Assembly (NCBI GenBank): GCA_963816145.1
Contig: CAWFJP010000013.1
Span: 128,001-192,000 of the forward strand
Source: an uncultured delta proteobacterium
GTDB lineage: Bacteria > Desulfobacterota > Binatia > UBA9968
DNA: 64,000 nucleotides
Direction of reading: 5' to 3'
In this document: positions 50,901 to 59,652 of the stretch, piece after piece
Numbering within the stretch: the stretch's first letter is position 1
Layout: each line of letters begins with the position of its first letter
Program-made: the position numbers and the translations under genes
Notes under the pieces: model-generated
Seen by the model: only the letters and a program-made list of their open reading frames with translations
Database searches by the model: none
What the model was told of the DNA's origin: nothing

Positions 50901-52291
50901 GTGGCGATTTCCGCGCCTAAGTTTGCTTCGATTTCACCGATGGCCCGCTCTCGCCCGGCCAGCAGGTACTCCTTCTGTGCCAAGTCGGCGCGCAGGCGAA
51001 TGAGATCGTTTTCCAGTTGCTGCCGGGCGCTATCGAGCAGACTGATGTCGGATTGAGCGCGTTCCAAATCAACGATGCGGCTTTGCAGGGCAGCGGTCTC
51101 GGCGCGGTGGCTTTGCAGCTCCGCTTCATGGGCGGTCGAGGCTTCATGCGCGCGGGCGAGTTCCTGTTGCAGCGCCTGAATGCGCCCGTGCAAGGCGAGC
51201 TCGACGGCGGTTACCGCTTCGTAGCGGTGCGTCAGTTCTTTTTCCTTGACCTCAACTTCATGCTGAAGATTCGCCACCTCTTCGGCCAGGGCGCGGCGAA
51301 TACTATCGATCTCTGCGCCGGCGGCCGCGGCCTGGCGGTGCGCCAATTCTAGATCGGCAACTCGCTGTTGGAGGGCGGCGATCTGTGTCCCGGCGGCGCG
51401 CAATTCGTCGTCACGAACCGCCAGATAGGCTTGTTTTTGCTCCAGCTCGTTGCGCAGTGTGGCGATCTCGCTTCTCAGGCCGCGCTCGATTTCCAACAAT
51501 GAGGTCTGGCTCTCCACGACCGTGCGGTCGCGTTCGGCCAGGGTGGTGCGCAGGCTCACCAATTCGCTTTCAAAACGGCCACGCGCCTGTTCGAGTTCGC
51601 GCGCCGCGTTCGCTTGCAGCTCATCTTGGAGCGCTTCGAGCGACCCCAGATGCTGGCGCAGCGCCGCGATCTCTTGTTGAGCCTTGCGCAACTCATCGGC
51701 GGTGCCGAAGGCGTTGGCTTGGTGCTCCGCGACTTGGTTTTCCAGCCGCTGCAACTGTTCGCGCAGGCCGCTTTCGATTTCCCGCCCGGCCAGTTGCTGT
51801 TGGTGAAACTCGCGTCGGTTTTTCGCCAATTCTTGATTGAGAGCAGCGATCTCCGCGCTAAGGCTTTCCCTGATCGCGTTGGTCTCGCGGGCGGCGCGCA
51901 CGGCCGCGTTATTCTCGCCTTCGAGCTGGTTGATGCGGTTTTGCAGCGCGATGATTTCGCTACTGGAGCGCTGGAGTCCGGCCTCATGTCCGGATAGGAG
52001 CTGTTGTTTCTCGTTGAGCTCGCGCTGGAGCTGCTCGACGGTTGAGCTCAGATTGCGGTCGACGGCGACGACTGGGCGCTCTTGCAGTTGTTTTTCTTTG
52101 GCGGCGAGATCGGCGCGCAGGATTGCCAGCTCGGATTCATAGTTCTCATGAAGGCGCGCTTTTTCATTCGCCGCGGTGGCCTGCGCTTGCTTGAGGTAGA
52201 GCTCCATCAGGCGAGTCTGCGCCAACAGGATGTCTATCTCGTTTAGCAGAAGAATCGCCGGATCGCTCTTTTGATATTTGGGTGTGTCCAT
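47966..52291 (-). CDS. Giant coiled-coil protein (1441 aa) with internal repeats
   Basis: E/Q/L/A/R-rich heptad-like sequence almost throughout, with no Walker motifs or TM segments; basic/aromatic tail GRRWQSGFGWKRRWRS. Confidence 0.9.
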   Translation of the reverse strand: MDTPKYQKSDPAILLLNEIDILLAQTRLMELYLKQAQATAANEKARLHENYESELAILRADLAAKEKQLQERPVVAVDRNLSSTVEQLQRELNEKQQLLSGHEAGLQRSSSEIIALQNRINQLEGENNAAVRAARETNAIRESLSAEIAALNQELAKNRREFHQQQLAGREIESGLREQLQRLENQVAEHQANAFGTADELRKAQQEIAALRQHLGSLEALQDELQANAARELEQARGRFESELVSLRTTLAERDRTVVESQTSLLEIERGLRSEIATLRNELEQKQAYLAVRDDELRAAGTQIAALQQRVADLELAHRQAAAAGAEIDSIRRALAEEVANLQHEVEVKEKELTHRYEAVTAVELALHGRIQALQQELARAHEASTAHEAELQSHRAETAALQSRIVDLERAQSDISLLDSARQQLENDLIRLRADLAQKEYLLAGRERAIGEIEANLGAEIATLQQQLEQERSAAASANDEVRQAHAALAATREQLAAQLAQKENEIDDLRASASKETEQLSHRVGELAQQLSERERHVADLDARLRAEIEALHQQLARERSAAGHAQEELVQRQAEFAAAREALAVQLKVKDSEIDSLRANAAGQTEELAKQVDDLRLQLAERQRSAADLEARLGVEIATLHQQLAQERNSATTASKELLQSHAELNATRERLDAQLKLKDNEIDSLRANTAKQTEQLSQQVENLRLQVAERERAFADLEARLGVEIATLHQQLAQERSSAASAGDEVRQAHAELATSREALEAELRQKDNEIEGLRASATGQSEQLSNRVNELQLQLAEKQLLADSRANEIGDLRTTVSQLSEQLSEKDDHYAQALGLWQNTEAQHNNQIAQLSAAREELSRAQTALEVQLDQARGANAGLRGELQEAKNRTAEIEELLQSSEAAKAAIDSDHARLRSSLKEIETLHDRSKAEAASELAEVRKALETELTELRGELQQKAWSLAQQQASVENLAQVHREQIRKLEARLSESQPVTERQTRELEQALSQADASQQQVEELRAELRQTQAAGASQVEQIRQEYAVRLDSANALLAAKSAELAKSGAVRANVEESLRAEITRLNNEMHSRTAALQSREDELDRLRAEMTAVQNRIMQLESFTARTESEAREISQAKSSLESDLASLRDELQQKSAAAMKQQSAIDDLAARHRSQVEQLEANLSEIQRSSEERRREIDQAQAQISLLQGRVEELQAALQQGELSANSRTEQLRQEYQARVDALSHELADNAAQLHDRVGISSDIEQALRSQIDRLIGEAQERNQILHNRNDELVRVKGELDSLSERFTQLQTNAIQAESSASDDAERMRTEYQAQLALLQAELSQKEWALEERQAIIAGIEQEHRQQIESLRQQLAEKEHPAAPVDGAFVMGEPNLTEAQREQLRKLDDLAKAVRSGDDTSYPAPSGRRWQSGFGWKRRWRS
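49880..50950 (-). repeat. Four tandem 267-bp (89-aa) intragenic repeats
   Basis: TGGC(G/A)ATTTCC-like anchor recurs at 50101, 50368, 50635 and 50902; peptide unit ADLEARLGVEIATLHQQLAQER...KDNEIDSLRA...EQLS. Confidence 0.9.
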
Positions 52292-52370
52292 AAATACCGC
52301 CCGCGCTTAGCCAAACGCTGGGTAAATCCTCATCATTGGATGTACAGCTGTCGCTTCGCGCAAGAAGCAT

Positions 52371-52386
52371 AGCCAAAAACATGCCA
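52371..52386 (-). promoter_or_regulatory. Putative sigma54 (-24/-12) promoter
   Basis: Minus strand TGGCATG-TTTT-TGGCT (GG-N10-GC), 80 bp upstream of the coiled-coil gene ATG. Confidence 0.6.
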
Positions 52387-52410
52387 TTGATAGAAACTAG
52401 AGTCGTTAAA

Positions 52411-52423
52411 AATCAGATAGTTA
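52411..52423 (+). promoter_or_regulatory. Putative IHF-binding site
   Basis: AATCAGATAGTTA matches WATCARNNNNTTR in an AT-rich patch just upstream of the -24 element. Confidence 0.55.
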
Positions 52424-52638
52424 TGATTATCCCGAAAGAGCAATTTAGCAAAGACTACTGCAAGACAGATGATTTCTGGACATATTCGGGAATTGCTGGA
52501 CAAAAATGTCTTCGTGGGAGTCTGAACGCCTTCGTTTCTGTTCGGATGACGCCGGCGGCAAAATCGCGCATTCATAAGACCGTATTGTCCCATGCAGGGA
52601 TTTGAAATGCCGCTAGGCTGTCGTTAGAATCCGGCGTC

Positions 52639-53694
52639 ATGGCCAATTACTTTCGTAGCAACATCCAGTTGATGTCGGGCTACGTGCCGGGCGAACAGCC
52701 GGGCGACGATGGTTTCATCAAACTCAACACCAACGAAAATCCGTATCCACCATCGCCCAAAGTCTACGCCGCATTGCGTAGGGAGATCGGCGCTTCGCTG
52801 CGTCTCTATCCGCAGCCGATGAGCGATAGTCTCTGCGCTGCGGCGGCTGCCGCCTATGGGATCAAAAAAGAAACTATCATGGCCGGTAACGGTTCCGATG
52901 AGCTGCTGTCGATCATCCTGCGATGCTTCGTCGAAGTCGGCGACCGGGTTGCCTATGCGACACCGACCTATTCGCTTTACGATACCTTGGTCGAAATCCA
53001 AGCGGGAGTCGCTGTTCGAGTGCCATTCCCGGAAGATTTTGCCGTGCCGGAAGAGCTGGCGCGGCAAGACGCGCCGCTGACGATTCTCTGCAATCCCAAT
53101 GCGCCGTCCGGGACGCTGGTGCCGTTGCCGGAAATCGCCAAGCTCGCCCGCGAGGTTGCCGGCATACTCGTGGTCGACGAAGCCTATGTCGATTTCGCCG
53201 CCAGTGAAGGCGCCTCGGCGATTCCGCTGATCCCGCACTTGCCCAACCTGATCGTGCTGCGGACGTTGTCGAAGTCGTTTTCACTCGCCGGCATGCGCAT
53301 CGGTCTTGCCTTTGCATCACCGGAGATTGTCGCCGGCATGCACAAGGTGCGCGATTCTTATAACCTCGATCGCATGAGCATCGCCGCCGGCACCGCGGCG
53401 CTCGAAGACCTGGCCTGGATGAAACGCAATGCCGCACGCATTCAGCGCAGCCGCCAGCGGCTCGCCAATGGGCTCAAGCGCTTGGGCTATCAGGTCTACC
53501 CGTCCCACACCAATTTCATTCTGGCGCGCCAGCGCGACAAAAATCTCAAACCGGTTTACGAGGAACTGAAGCGACGAAAGATTTTGGTGCGTTACTTCGA
53601 CACGCCGGGTCTGCGCGACTGCTTGCGCATCACGGTGGGCACGCCGAAGGAATTACGGGCTGTATTGAACGAGCTGGCGGCGCTCCCGGTGTAG
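52639..53694 (+). CDS. hisC: Histidinol-phosphate aminotransferase
   Basis: YVPGEQP, KLNTNENPY, GNGSDE, NPNAPSG, DEAYVDF, RTLSKSFSLAGMRIG. Confidence 0.95.
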   Translation: MANYFRSNIQLMSGYVPGEQPGDDGFIKLNTNENPYPPSPKVYAALRREIGASLRLYPQPMSDSLCAAAAAAYGIKKETIMAGNGSDELLSIILRCFVEVGDRVAYATPTYSLYDTLVEIQAGVAVRVPFPEDFAVPEELARQDAPLTILCNPNAPSGTLVPLPEIAKLAREVAGILVVDEAYVDFAASEGASAIPLIPHLPNLIVLRTLSKSFSLAGMRIGLAFASPEIVAGMHKVRDSYNLDRMSIAAGTAALEDLAWMKRNAARIQRSRQRLANGLKRLGYQVYPSHTNFILARQRDKNLKPVYEELKRRKILVRYFDTPGLRDCLRITVGTPKELRAVLNELAALPV

Positions 53695-53733
53695 TCGCCA
53701 GAATCTACCGGCGCAGGCGAAAGGAGTTGGATT

Positions 53734-54147
53734 ATGGGCAAATTCAGAATTACCACGCTTGATCATATCGTACTCAACGTCGGCGACATTGATCGGGCGT
53801 TGCAGTTTTACACCGGAGTCTTGGGCTTGACGGGCGAGCGGGTGGAACTATTTAAGTCCGGCAAAGTCGGTTTTCCGTCCGTTCGCATCAACGACGACAC
53901 GATCATCGATCTTTTCCCGCGCAAGACTTTCGACGGTCGCTCGATTACGGAGAAGGTCGACGGCAATCTCAATCATGTTTGTTTGGTCGTTGATGCTGTT
54001 GACTTTGCTGGCGTCCTCGAAGACTTGAAGACAAACCGAATCGCGATTCGCGAGGGACCGGTGTCGCGTTGGGGCGCGCGGGGACAGGCGACTTCGGTGT
54101 ATTTTCTCGATCCTGAAGGTAATGAAATAGAAATTCGCTGCTACTGA
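53734..54147 (+). CDS. VOC/glyoxalase family protein
   Basis: LDHIVLNV, NHVCL, SVYFLDPEGNEIE. Confidence 0.9.
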   Translation: MGKFRITTLDHIVLNVGDIDRALQFYTGVLGLTGERVELFKSGKVGFPSVRINDDTIIDLFPRKTFDGRSITEKVDGNLNHVCLVVDAVDFAGVLEDLKTNRIAIREGPVSRWGARGQATSVYFLDPEGNEIEIRCY

Positions 54148-54189
54148 AGCATGGAGTGATGCGGTCCAATCCTCGATTGCCGCAGCACG

Positions 54190-55503
54190 CTAGGCGGTTT
54201 TGTTTTCCTCGACTTTGATTTTGACGATGCGCCGGCCTTCCATGTCGACGATAGTGAGTTTGTAGCCGTTTTGATCGATCCATTCGCCGCCGCGCGGAAT
54301 TCTTTTCAACCGCGCCAGCATGAGGCCAGCGAGTGTGTGATAGTCCGGCGATTCTTCGAATGGCAGTGCAAAATCGGTTTTGAGGTCCTTGAGCAGCGCC
54401 GAGCCGGCGATCACCATGGAGCCGTCGGGCAGGCGCTCCACAGGGCCCCGTTCTTCGCGGTCGTATTCGTCGCGGATCTCACCGACGATCTCCTCGACCA
54501 GGTCTTCGAGAGTGGCGATGCCTTCGATCTCACCGAATTCGTTGACCACCAGGGCCATGGCCAGGCGGCGCCGTTGCAACTGTTTCAACAGTTCGCTGAT
54601 GGGCAGTGTGCTCGGCACGAAGAATGCGGGATGCAAATGATCGCGCACGCGAAAGTCGCTATCCTCTTGCAGGGCTTTAAAGACATCTTTGTAGTAAAGA
54701 ATGCCGATGACTTTGTCCAAGTCGCCGTCGTAGACCGGCACACGGGAAAAGCCGCTGTCGACGAAATTTTTCGCCACTTCCGCCAGTGACGCATGCACTT
54801 CGAGGGCGTGAATCTCGGTGCGCGGCTTCATGACCGCTTTGACCGGGGTATCGGTAAATTCGAAAACACTATGGATGAGTTCCTTTTCGGTCTCGTTGAA
54901 GATGCCCTTGGCGGCGCCTTCGCGGATCAACGATTTAACTTCATCGGCGGAGATAAAACTGGCGCCGCCGGCGTCTTTGCCGCCAAATAGTTTAAGCACT
55001 AAATTGCTTGATCCGGTAAGAAGTTTGACGAAGATCGCGCTGGATCGCGCGAGCAGTTCGATGGGCCGGGCGACCGCGCAAGCGATTTGTTCGGAAAATC
55101 TCAAGGCGAGGGATTTGGGCACAAGTTCGCCGAGCACCAGCGAGAAGTAAGAGATCGGCAGGACGACGATGGTCAGTGCCATGGCTTCCGCCCAGCGTGG
55201 CGCCCAAGCAAACGGCAAAGCGGCGATCTGCGGTTTCAAGTAGCCGATGGCGGCGGCGCCGCCGAGCGCCGACGCGAACGAGCTGATGACCGTGACGCCG
55301 ACCTGGACGGTGGCCAAGAAGCGATCCGGGTCGGCTTTCAGCCGGGCCACCGCCGCGGCGGATCGGACGCCTTTGTCGAGGAGCGCGTCGATGCGGCTTT
55401 TGCGCATGGCGATCATGGCAATCTCCGACGCGGCGAAGAAGCCGTTGGCGAAAATCAACGCAAGAATCAAAATCGCTTCAAACCAAAAGTTCTCTAGGGT
55501 CAT
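54190..55503 (-). CDS. Hemolysin-family CNNM-CBS-CorC protein
   Basis: NGFFAASEIA, FLATVQVGVT, GELVPKS, FSRVPVY, TLEDLVEEIVGEIRDEYD. Confidence 0.93.
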   Translation of the reverse strand: MTLENFWFEAILILALIFANGFFAASEIAMIAMRKSRIDALLDKGVRSAAAVARLKADPDRFLATVQVGVTVISSFASALGGAAAIGYLKPQIAALPFAWAPRWAEAMALTIVVLPISYFSLVLGELVPKSLALRFSEQIACAVARPIELLARSSAIFVKLLTGSSNLVLKLFGGKDAGGASFISADEVKSLIREGAAKGIFNETEKELIHSVFEFTDTPVKAVMKPRTEIHALEVHASLAEVAKNFVDSGFSRVPVYDGDLDKVIGILYYKDVFKALQEDSDFRVRDHLHPAFFVPSTLPISELLKQLQRRRLAMALVVNEFGEIEGIATLEDLVEEIVGEIRDEYDREERGPVERLPDGSMVIAGSALLKDLKTDFALPFEESPDYHTLAGLMLARLKRIPRGGEWIDQNGYKLTIVDMEGRRIVKIKVEENKTA

Positions 55504-55708
55504 CGGTGGCGTCTCCTCATTGGCTTCGCATCGCTGAACGAAGCGCAAATCAGGGTGGCGATACTAGCAAATCGACCGGTATTGGCGTGGCCGCGGGCTG
55601 CGAGTGGGCATGGAGGTTGACAAGAATTCTAGCGGCCCGCTCGGAAAAGGCAAGGGGGCGATTTACGCTGTGATCACTTTCAAGTAGGATCGCCCTAGGG
55701 AGTATTTC

Positions 55709-57967
55709 TTGGCGGATAAACAGAACGAACTCACGTCCATCCAAGGCACTATCAGCCGGATCACTTATCAGCATCCCGAGAGCCACTACACGGTGGCGCG
55801 CCTGGACGAAGACGGCGGACCGGCGGCGACCGTGGTCGGCGTGCTGTATCCTGTTTCCGAAGGCGAAGAGATTAAAGTCACCGGCGTCTGGAAGCGCCAT
55901 CCGCGGTACGGCCTGCAATTTCAGGTCGACCATTGGACCAAGGTCGATCCGGCGACTCTTGAAGGGATCGAAAAATACTTAGGCTCGGGCATGATCAAGG
56001 GCATCGGGCCGACGTACGCCAAGCGTTTGGTCGGTGCCTTCGGTCTCGAAACGCTGCGGGTGTTATCCGACGAACCGCTGCGGATTCTCGATGTCGAAGG
56101 CATCGGCGAAGTGCGGGCGCGTCGGATCATGGAGGCGTGGCAATCCCAGCGCGGCATGCAGGATGTCATGGTGTTTCTCCAGGGCCATGGCGTCGGCGCT
56201 TCCCTGGCACTGCGCATCTATCGGGTTTACGGCGCAGGTACGGTTGCACAGGTGAGAGAAAATCCCTATGCGCTGGCCCAGCAGGTGCACGGCATCGGCT
56301 TTCTGCTTGCCGACCGGCTCGCCGGCCATATCGGTATTCGCGGCGATTTCCCGTTGCGGGTGCAAGCCGGCGTTCTGCATGTTTTGCGCGAATCCGCGGA
56401 ACGCGGCCATTGCTATCTGCCTTTAGGCGCGTTGGCTAAAAGCGCTTGCCAACTGCTCGAAGTCGACGATGAGCGCGTTGACATAGCAGTCGAGAAACTC
56501 GCCGAGCGCGGCGAGGTGGTTTTGCAGAGCGCGCGCGATCCGCACCTCACGCGCTTGTATCTGGCGAATTTGTTCGAGGCCGAAAACCGCGTGGCCCAGG
56601 CAATTGCCCGGCTTCTGACCACGCCGTCGTTTCTCCAAGGCGAGCGGCGGCCACGACCTTGGGAGAAAGATCAGCAGGTCAGCCGCGGCGCCATCGATCT
56701 GTTGAGCGGTGCGTTGTTCTCCGATTTGCCGATCACCCTCGATGAAGATCAGGTCAATGCGGCGCGGCGCGCTTTGCAAGAGAAGGTCTTCGTCATCACC
56801 GGCGGGCCGGGAACGGGTAAAACAACCTTGCTGATGTCTCTGCTGGCGATCCTGCGGCGCGCCAAAGTAACCTTCGCGCTGGCCGCGCCAACCGGGCGGG
56901 CGGCAAAACGGATGACCGAAAGCACCGGCGAAGAGGCGGCCACGCTGCACCGCCTGCTCGAATACACGCCGCGCGAAGGCGGATTCCAGCGCAACGCCGA
57001 TAACCCGCTGCAGGTCGATGTCATCATCGTCGACGAAGCCTCGATGGTCGATATTGCGCTGATGGATCATTTGCTAGCGGCCATCGAACCGCACACTCAT
57101 TTGATTCTAGTGGGTGACGTGGATCAGCTCCCCTCGGTGGGGCCGGGCAGCGTGCTCAAGGACTTGATCGACTCGCAGTCGGTGCCGGTGGCGATCCTGC
57201 GGCGCATCTTTCGCCAGGACCAACAAAGTTTGATCGTGGTCAATGCGCACCGAATCCTCCAGGGACAAAATCTGCAGTTCTCCGATGCGCGCGAGCGGCG
57301 CGACTTCGATTTCATCGCCCGCGAGAGCGAGGAAGACATACTTGAGACGATCAAGGAACTGTTGCGCGAGCGCATCCCGCAATGGCTCGGCGTTCAGCCG
57401 GAGGATATCGTCCAGTCGGTGCAACTCCTGACGCCGATGCATCGCGGTTTGCTCGGTACGATTCAACTCAATCGCGATCTGCAAACGCTGTTCAATCCAA
57501 TCGGCCAAGCGATCGAGCGGGGCGGCATGACTTTGCGCGTGCGCGACAAGGTCATGCAATTGCGCAACAACTACGATAAAGGGGTTTTCAACGGCGATCT
57601 CGGACGAATCGTCTCGATCGACCGCGAGGATGGCAAGATTCGCGTCGATTACGACGAGCGGGTGGTCGAATACGAGGCCGATGAGTGGGATGAGATAAGT
57701 TTGGCCTACGCGACCTCGATCCATAAGAGCCAGGGCAGCGAATATCCCGTGGTGATCTTACCGCTGCACACCTCGCACTACATCATGCTTTACCGCAGCA
57801 TTCTCTACACCGCAGTGACGCGCGGCAAGAAACTCGTCATCGTCGTCGGCAGCCACAAGGCGCTCGGCATGGCGATCCGCAACGTCAGAGTGGAGATTCG
57901 CAACACCGGGCTCAAAGAAAGGCTGATTGCGGCGCTAGAGGATAATCGTCATTGGCGGTTAATTTGA
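55709..57967 (+). CDS. recD2: RecD2-like ATP-dependent DNA helicase
   Basis: YLGSGMIKGIG HhH region, TGGPGTGKT, APTGRAA, VDEASM, GDVDQLPSVGPG, IHKSQGSEY. Confidence 0.95.
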   Translation: MADKQNELTSIQGTISRITYQHPESHYTVARLDEDGGPAATVVGVLYPVSEGEEIKVTGVWKRHPRYGLQFQVDHWTKVDPATLEGIEKYLGSGMIKGIGPTYAKRLVGAFGLETLRVLSDEPLRILDVEGIGEVRARRIMEAWQSQRGMQDVMVFLQGHGVGASLALRIYRVYGAGTVAQVRENPYALAQQVHGIGFLLADRLAGHIGIRGDFPLRVQAGVLHVLRESAERGHCYLPLGALAKSACQLLEVDDERVDIAVEKLAERGEVVLQSARDPHLTRLYLANLFEAENRVAQAIARLLTTPSFLQGERRPRPWEKDQQVSRGAIDLLSGALFSDLPITLDEDQVNAARRALQEKVFVITGGPGTGKTTLLMSLLAILRRAKVTFALAAPTGRAAKRMTESTGEEAATLHRLLEYTPREGGFQRNADNPLQVDVIIVDEASMVDIALMDHLLAAIEPHTHLILVGDVDQLPSVGPGSVLKDLIDSQSVPVAILRRIFRQDQQSLIVVNAHRILQGQNLQFSDARERRDFDFIARESEEDILETIKELLRERIPQWLGVQPEDIVQSVQLLTPMHRGLLGTIQLNRDLQTLFNPIGQAIERGGMTLRVRDKVMQLRNNYDKGVFNGDLGRIVSIDREDGKIRVDYDERVVEYEADEWDEISLAYATSIHKSQGSEYPVVILPLHTSHYIMLYRSILYTAVTRGKKLVIVVGSHKALGMAIRNVRVEIRNTGLKERLIAALEDNRHWRLI

Positions 57968-58667
57968 ACTGAACAATCGGCCCAGTCGGTTGTCGGTATG
58001 ATGAATTCCCATCTTTTTTAAGCAGGCCCAAATCGTCGCTTGATTGCTATTGATCACCGGTTTAGCCAAATCGCGCTCCAAGTCGGCGATCGTTTCGATC
58101 ATGCGGGTATTCGTACAGCTCAAGAAATAGCCGTCGGCATCGGCGCGCAGATTCTCTTTGACGACTTTTTTCCATTCCTCAGGCGTGATCGTGGAATAGG
58201 CTTGTGATTCCAACGCCAGCCCTTTCTCGTGCAACACGGTGTAGCCGGTCTCACTCAGATAATTCACTTCGAGCTGATTGGTGGCCTGCACATAAGGGCT
58301 GATCAGCACGAGTTTCTTGATGCCGACGCGGTCGAACGCCTGGGTCAGAGCCTGGGCGGTGGTGATGGTCGGACAGCCGCTGGCTTGCTCGATGATATCG
58401 ACGATCGCCTTTTCGTGCGCCAAGCCGCTCTCCATCGAGTTCGCCGTGCAGTGAAACACGATGACGCTCGGTTTGATGTCGGAGAGCGCTTCGGCGGCCT
58501 CGAATCAATTCCGGCTTCAATATTTCGAGCGGCTTGCGATGTTTCCCCGCCATGCGCAAGCGCGTGACATAGGCCTCGACGCCGCTCGGCAGATAAGCGT
58601 GAAACTGCGGTTCGGTGAGCCGGTTGGCCGACGGAATGATTAAGCCGATGCTCGGTGGAGTTGCCAT
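57959..58667 (-). CDS. Maleate isomerase / arylmalonate decarboxylase (Asp/Glu racemase) family, frameshifted at about 58504
   Basis: N-part IGLIIPSAN; C-part FHCTANS, ISPY, LSCTN, NSNQA; removing one T at TTG AT(T)C GAG GCC joins them. Confidence 0.85.
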
Positions 58668-58844
58668 GAAAAATTCTCCTAATGGAATTTGGCGAACTGG
58701 TTTATGGTTCTCGGAATACGACCGACTATTTCACGGTGACCCCAGGGGTTGTCAAGGCCAGGGTCGTCTCTCAGGCGACCCTAGTCTTGCGGCGAAAAGC
58801 AAATTTATGCTAGGTGCGGGAATGCTGATGCCAAAAGACATTGC

Positions 58845-59402
58845 ATGACTCCGCAAGAACAATCTCTCATCACCGGTTGCATTCGCGGCGACAAAGCGGC
58901 GTGGGATGCTTTCGTGCAACAATATTCCCCTCTTGTTTATCACACGATTCGAAAGACCTTCGTCACCTATCACGCTGAATCGACCTCGGATTTGGTCGAC
59001 GACCTGTTTCAAGATTTTTTTCTCGCCATCGTTGCCGACGAGTTCAAAAAATTGCGGCAGTTCCGCGGCGATAACGGCTGCACGCTGGCAAGCTGGCTCC
59101 GGATGGTCGCCGCTCGTTTGACAATCGACGAGCTGCGAAAGCGGGTCACTTCACGTGCCGACGCACCGCTCGAATTGGCGCAACCCGATGACACAGACTG
59201 CGCGGCGATAACGGACGAACAGCTAAATGCGCTTAGCCAAGCGATCGAGTCGCTGCCGCCAAAAGACCGGCTGCTGATTCAATTTTGCTTTCGCCAAAAC
59301 CTTTCCCCGCCAGATGTTGCGAAGCTGCTAAAGACATCGGTCCCTGCAGTCTACACCCAGAAAAGCCGCATTCTCAGCAAACTCCGCGCGATACTTAAAT
59401 AA
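58845..59402 (+). CDS. ECF sigma-70 factor
   Basis: GDKAAWDAFVQQY, DDLFQDFF, SWLRMVAARLTIDELR (region 2); LPPKDRLLI...VAKLL...VYTQKSR (region 4). Confidence 0.9.
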   Translation: MTPQEQSLITGCIRGDKAAWDAFVQQYSPLVYHTIRKTFVTYHAESTSDLVDDLFQDFFLAIVADEFKKLRQFRGDNGCTLASWLRMVAARLTIDELRKRVTSRADAPLELAQPDDTDCAAITDEQLNALSQAIESLPPKDRLLIQFCFRQNLSPPDVAKLLKTSVPAVYTQKSRILSKLRAILK

Positions 59403-59414
59403 GTTACCGTCTCG

Positions 59415-59445
59415 GTAAGATTTTCGCGTCTATCCGTCTATTTCC
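59415..59445 (+). promoter_or_regulatory. Putative ECF promoter, copy 1
   Basis: GTAAGA-N14-CGTCTATTTCC just after the sigma gene stop. Confidence 0.55.
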
Positions 59446-59652
59446 ACAGTCGAGCTGTACAAACCTTTTGTCGGCTTTTGTGATCGTGCGTTTGTTCCAA
59501 CGCGCATGATGGAAGAGGGCAGAACAAGAAGCCTCCGATTTTTGGTGGTGAATCATGAGAGTTTAGCCTGACTCAAGACTTGGCCGCGCGCGGCTCCTGC
59601 GAATCGAAATATCGAGAATGGGCAGAGCAACGTCGGGAAAGGATGATTTAGT

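Noticed and set aside
47966-52291. SMC/SbcC or phage tape-measure protein
   Set aside because: No Walker A/B, signature or hinge motifs; no phage genes nearby
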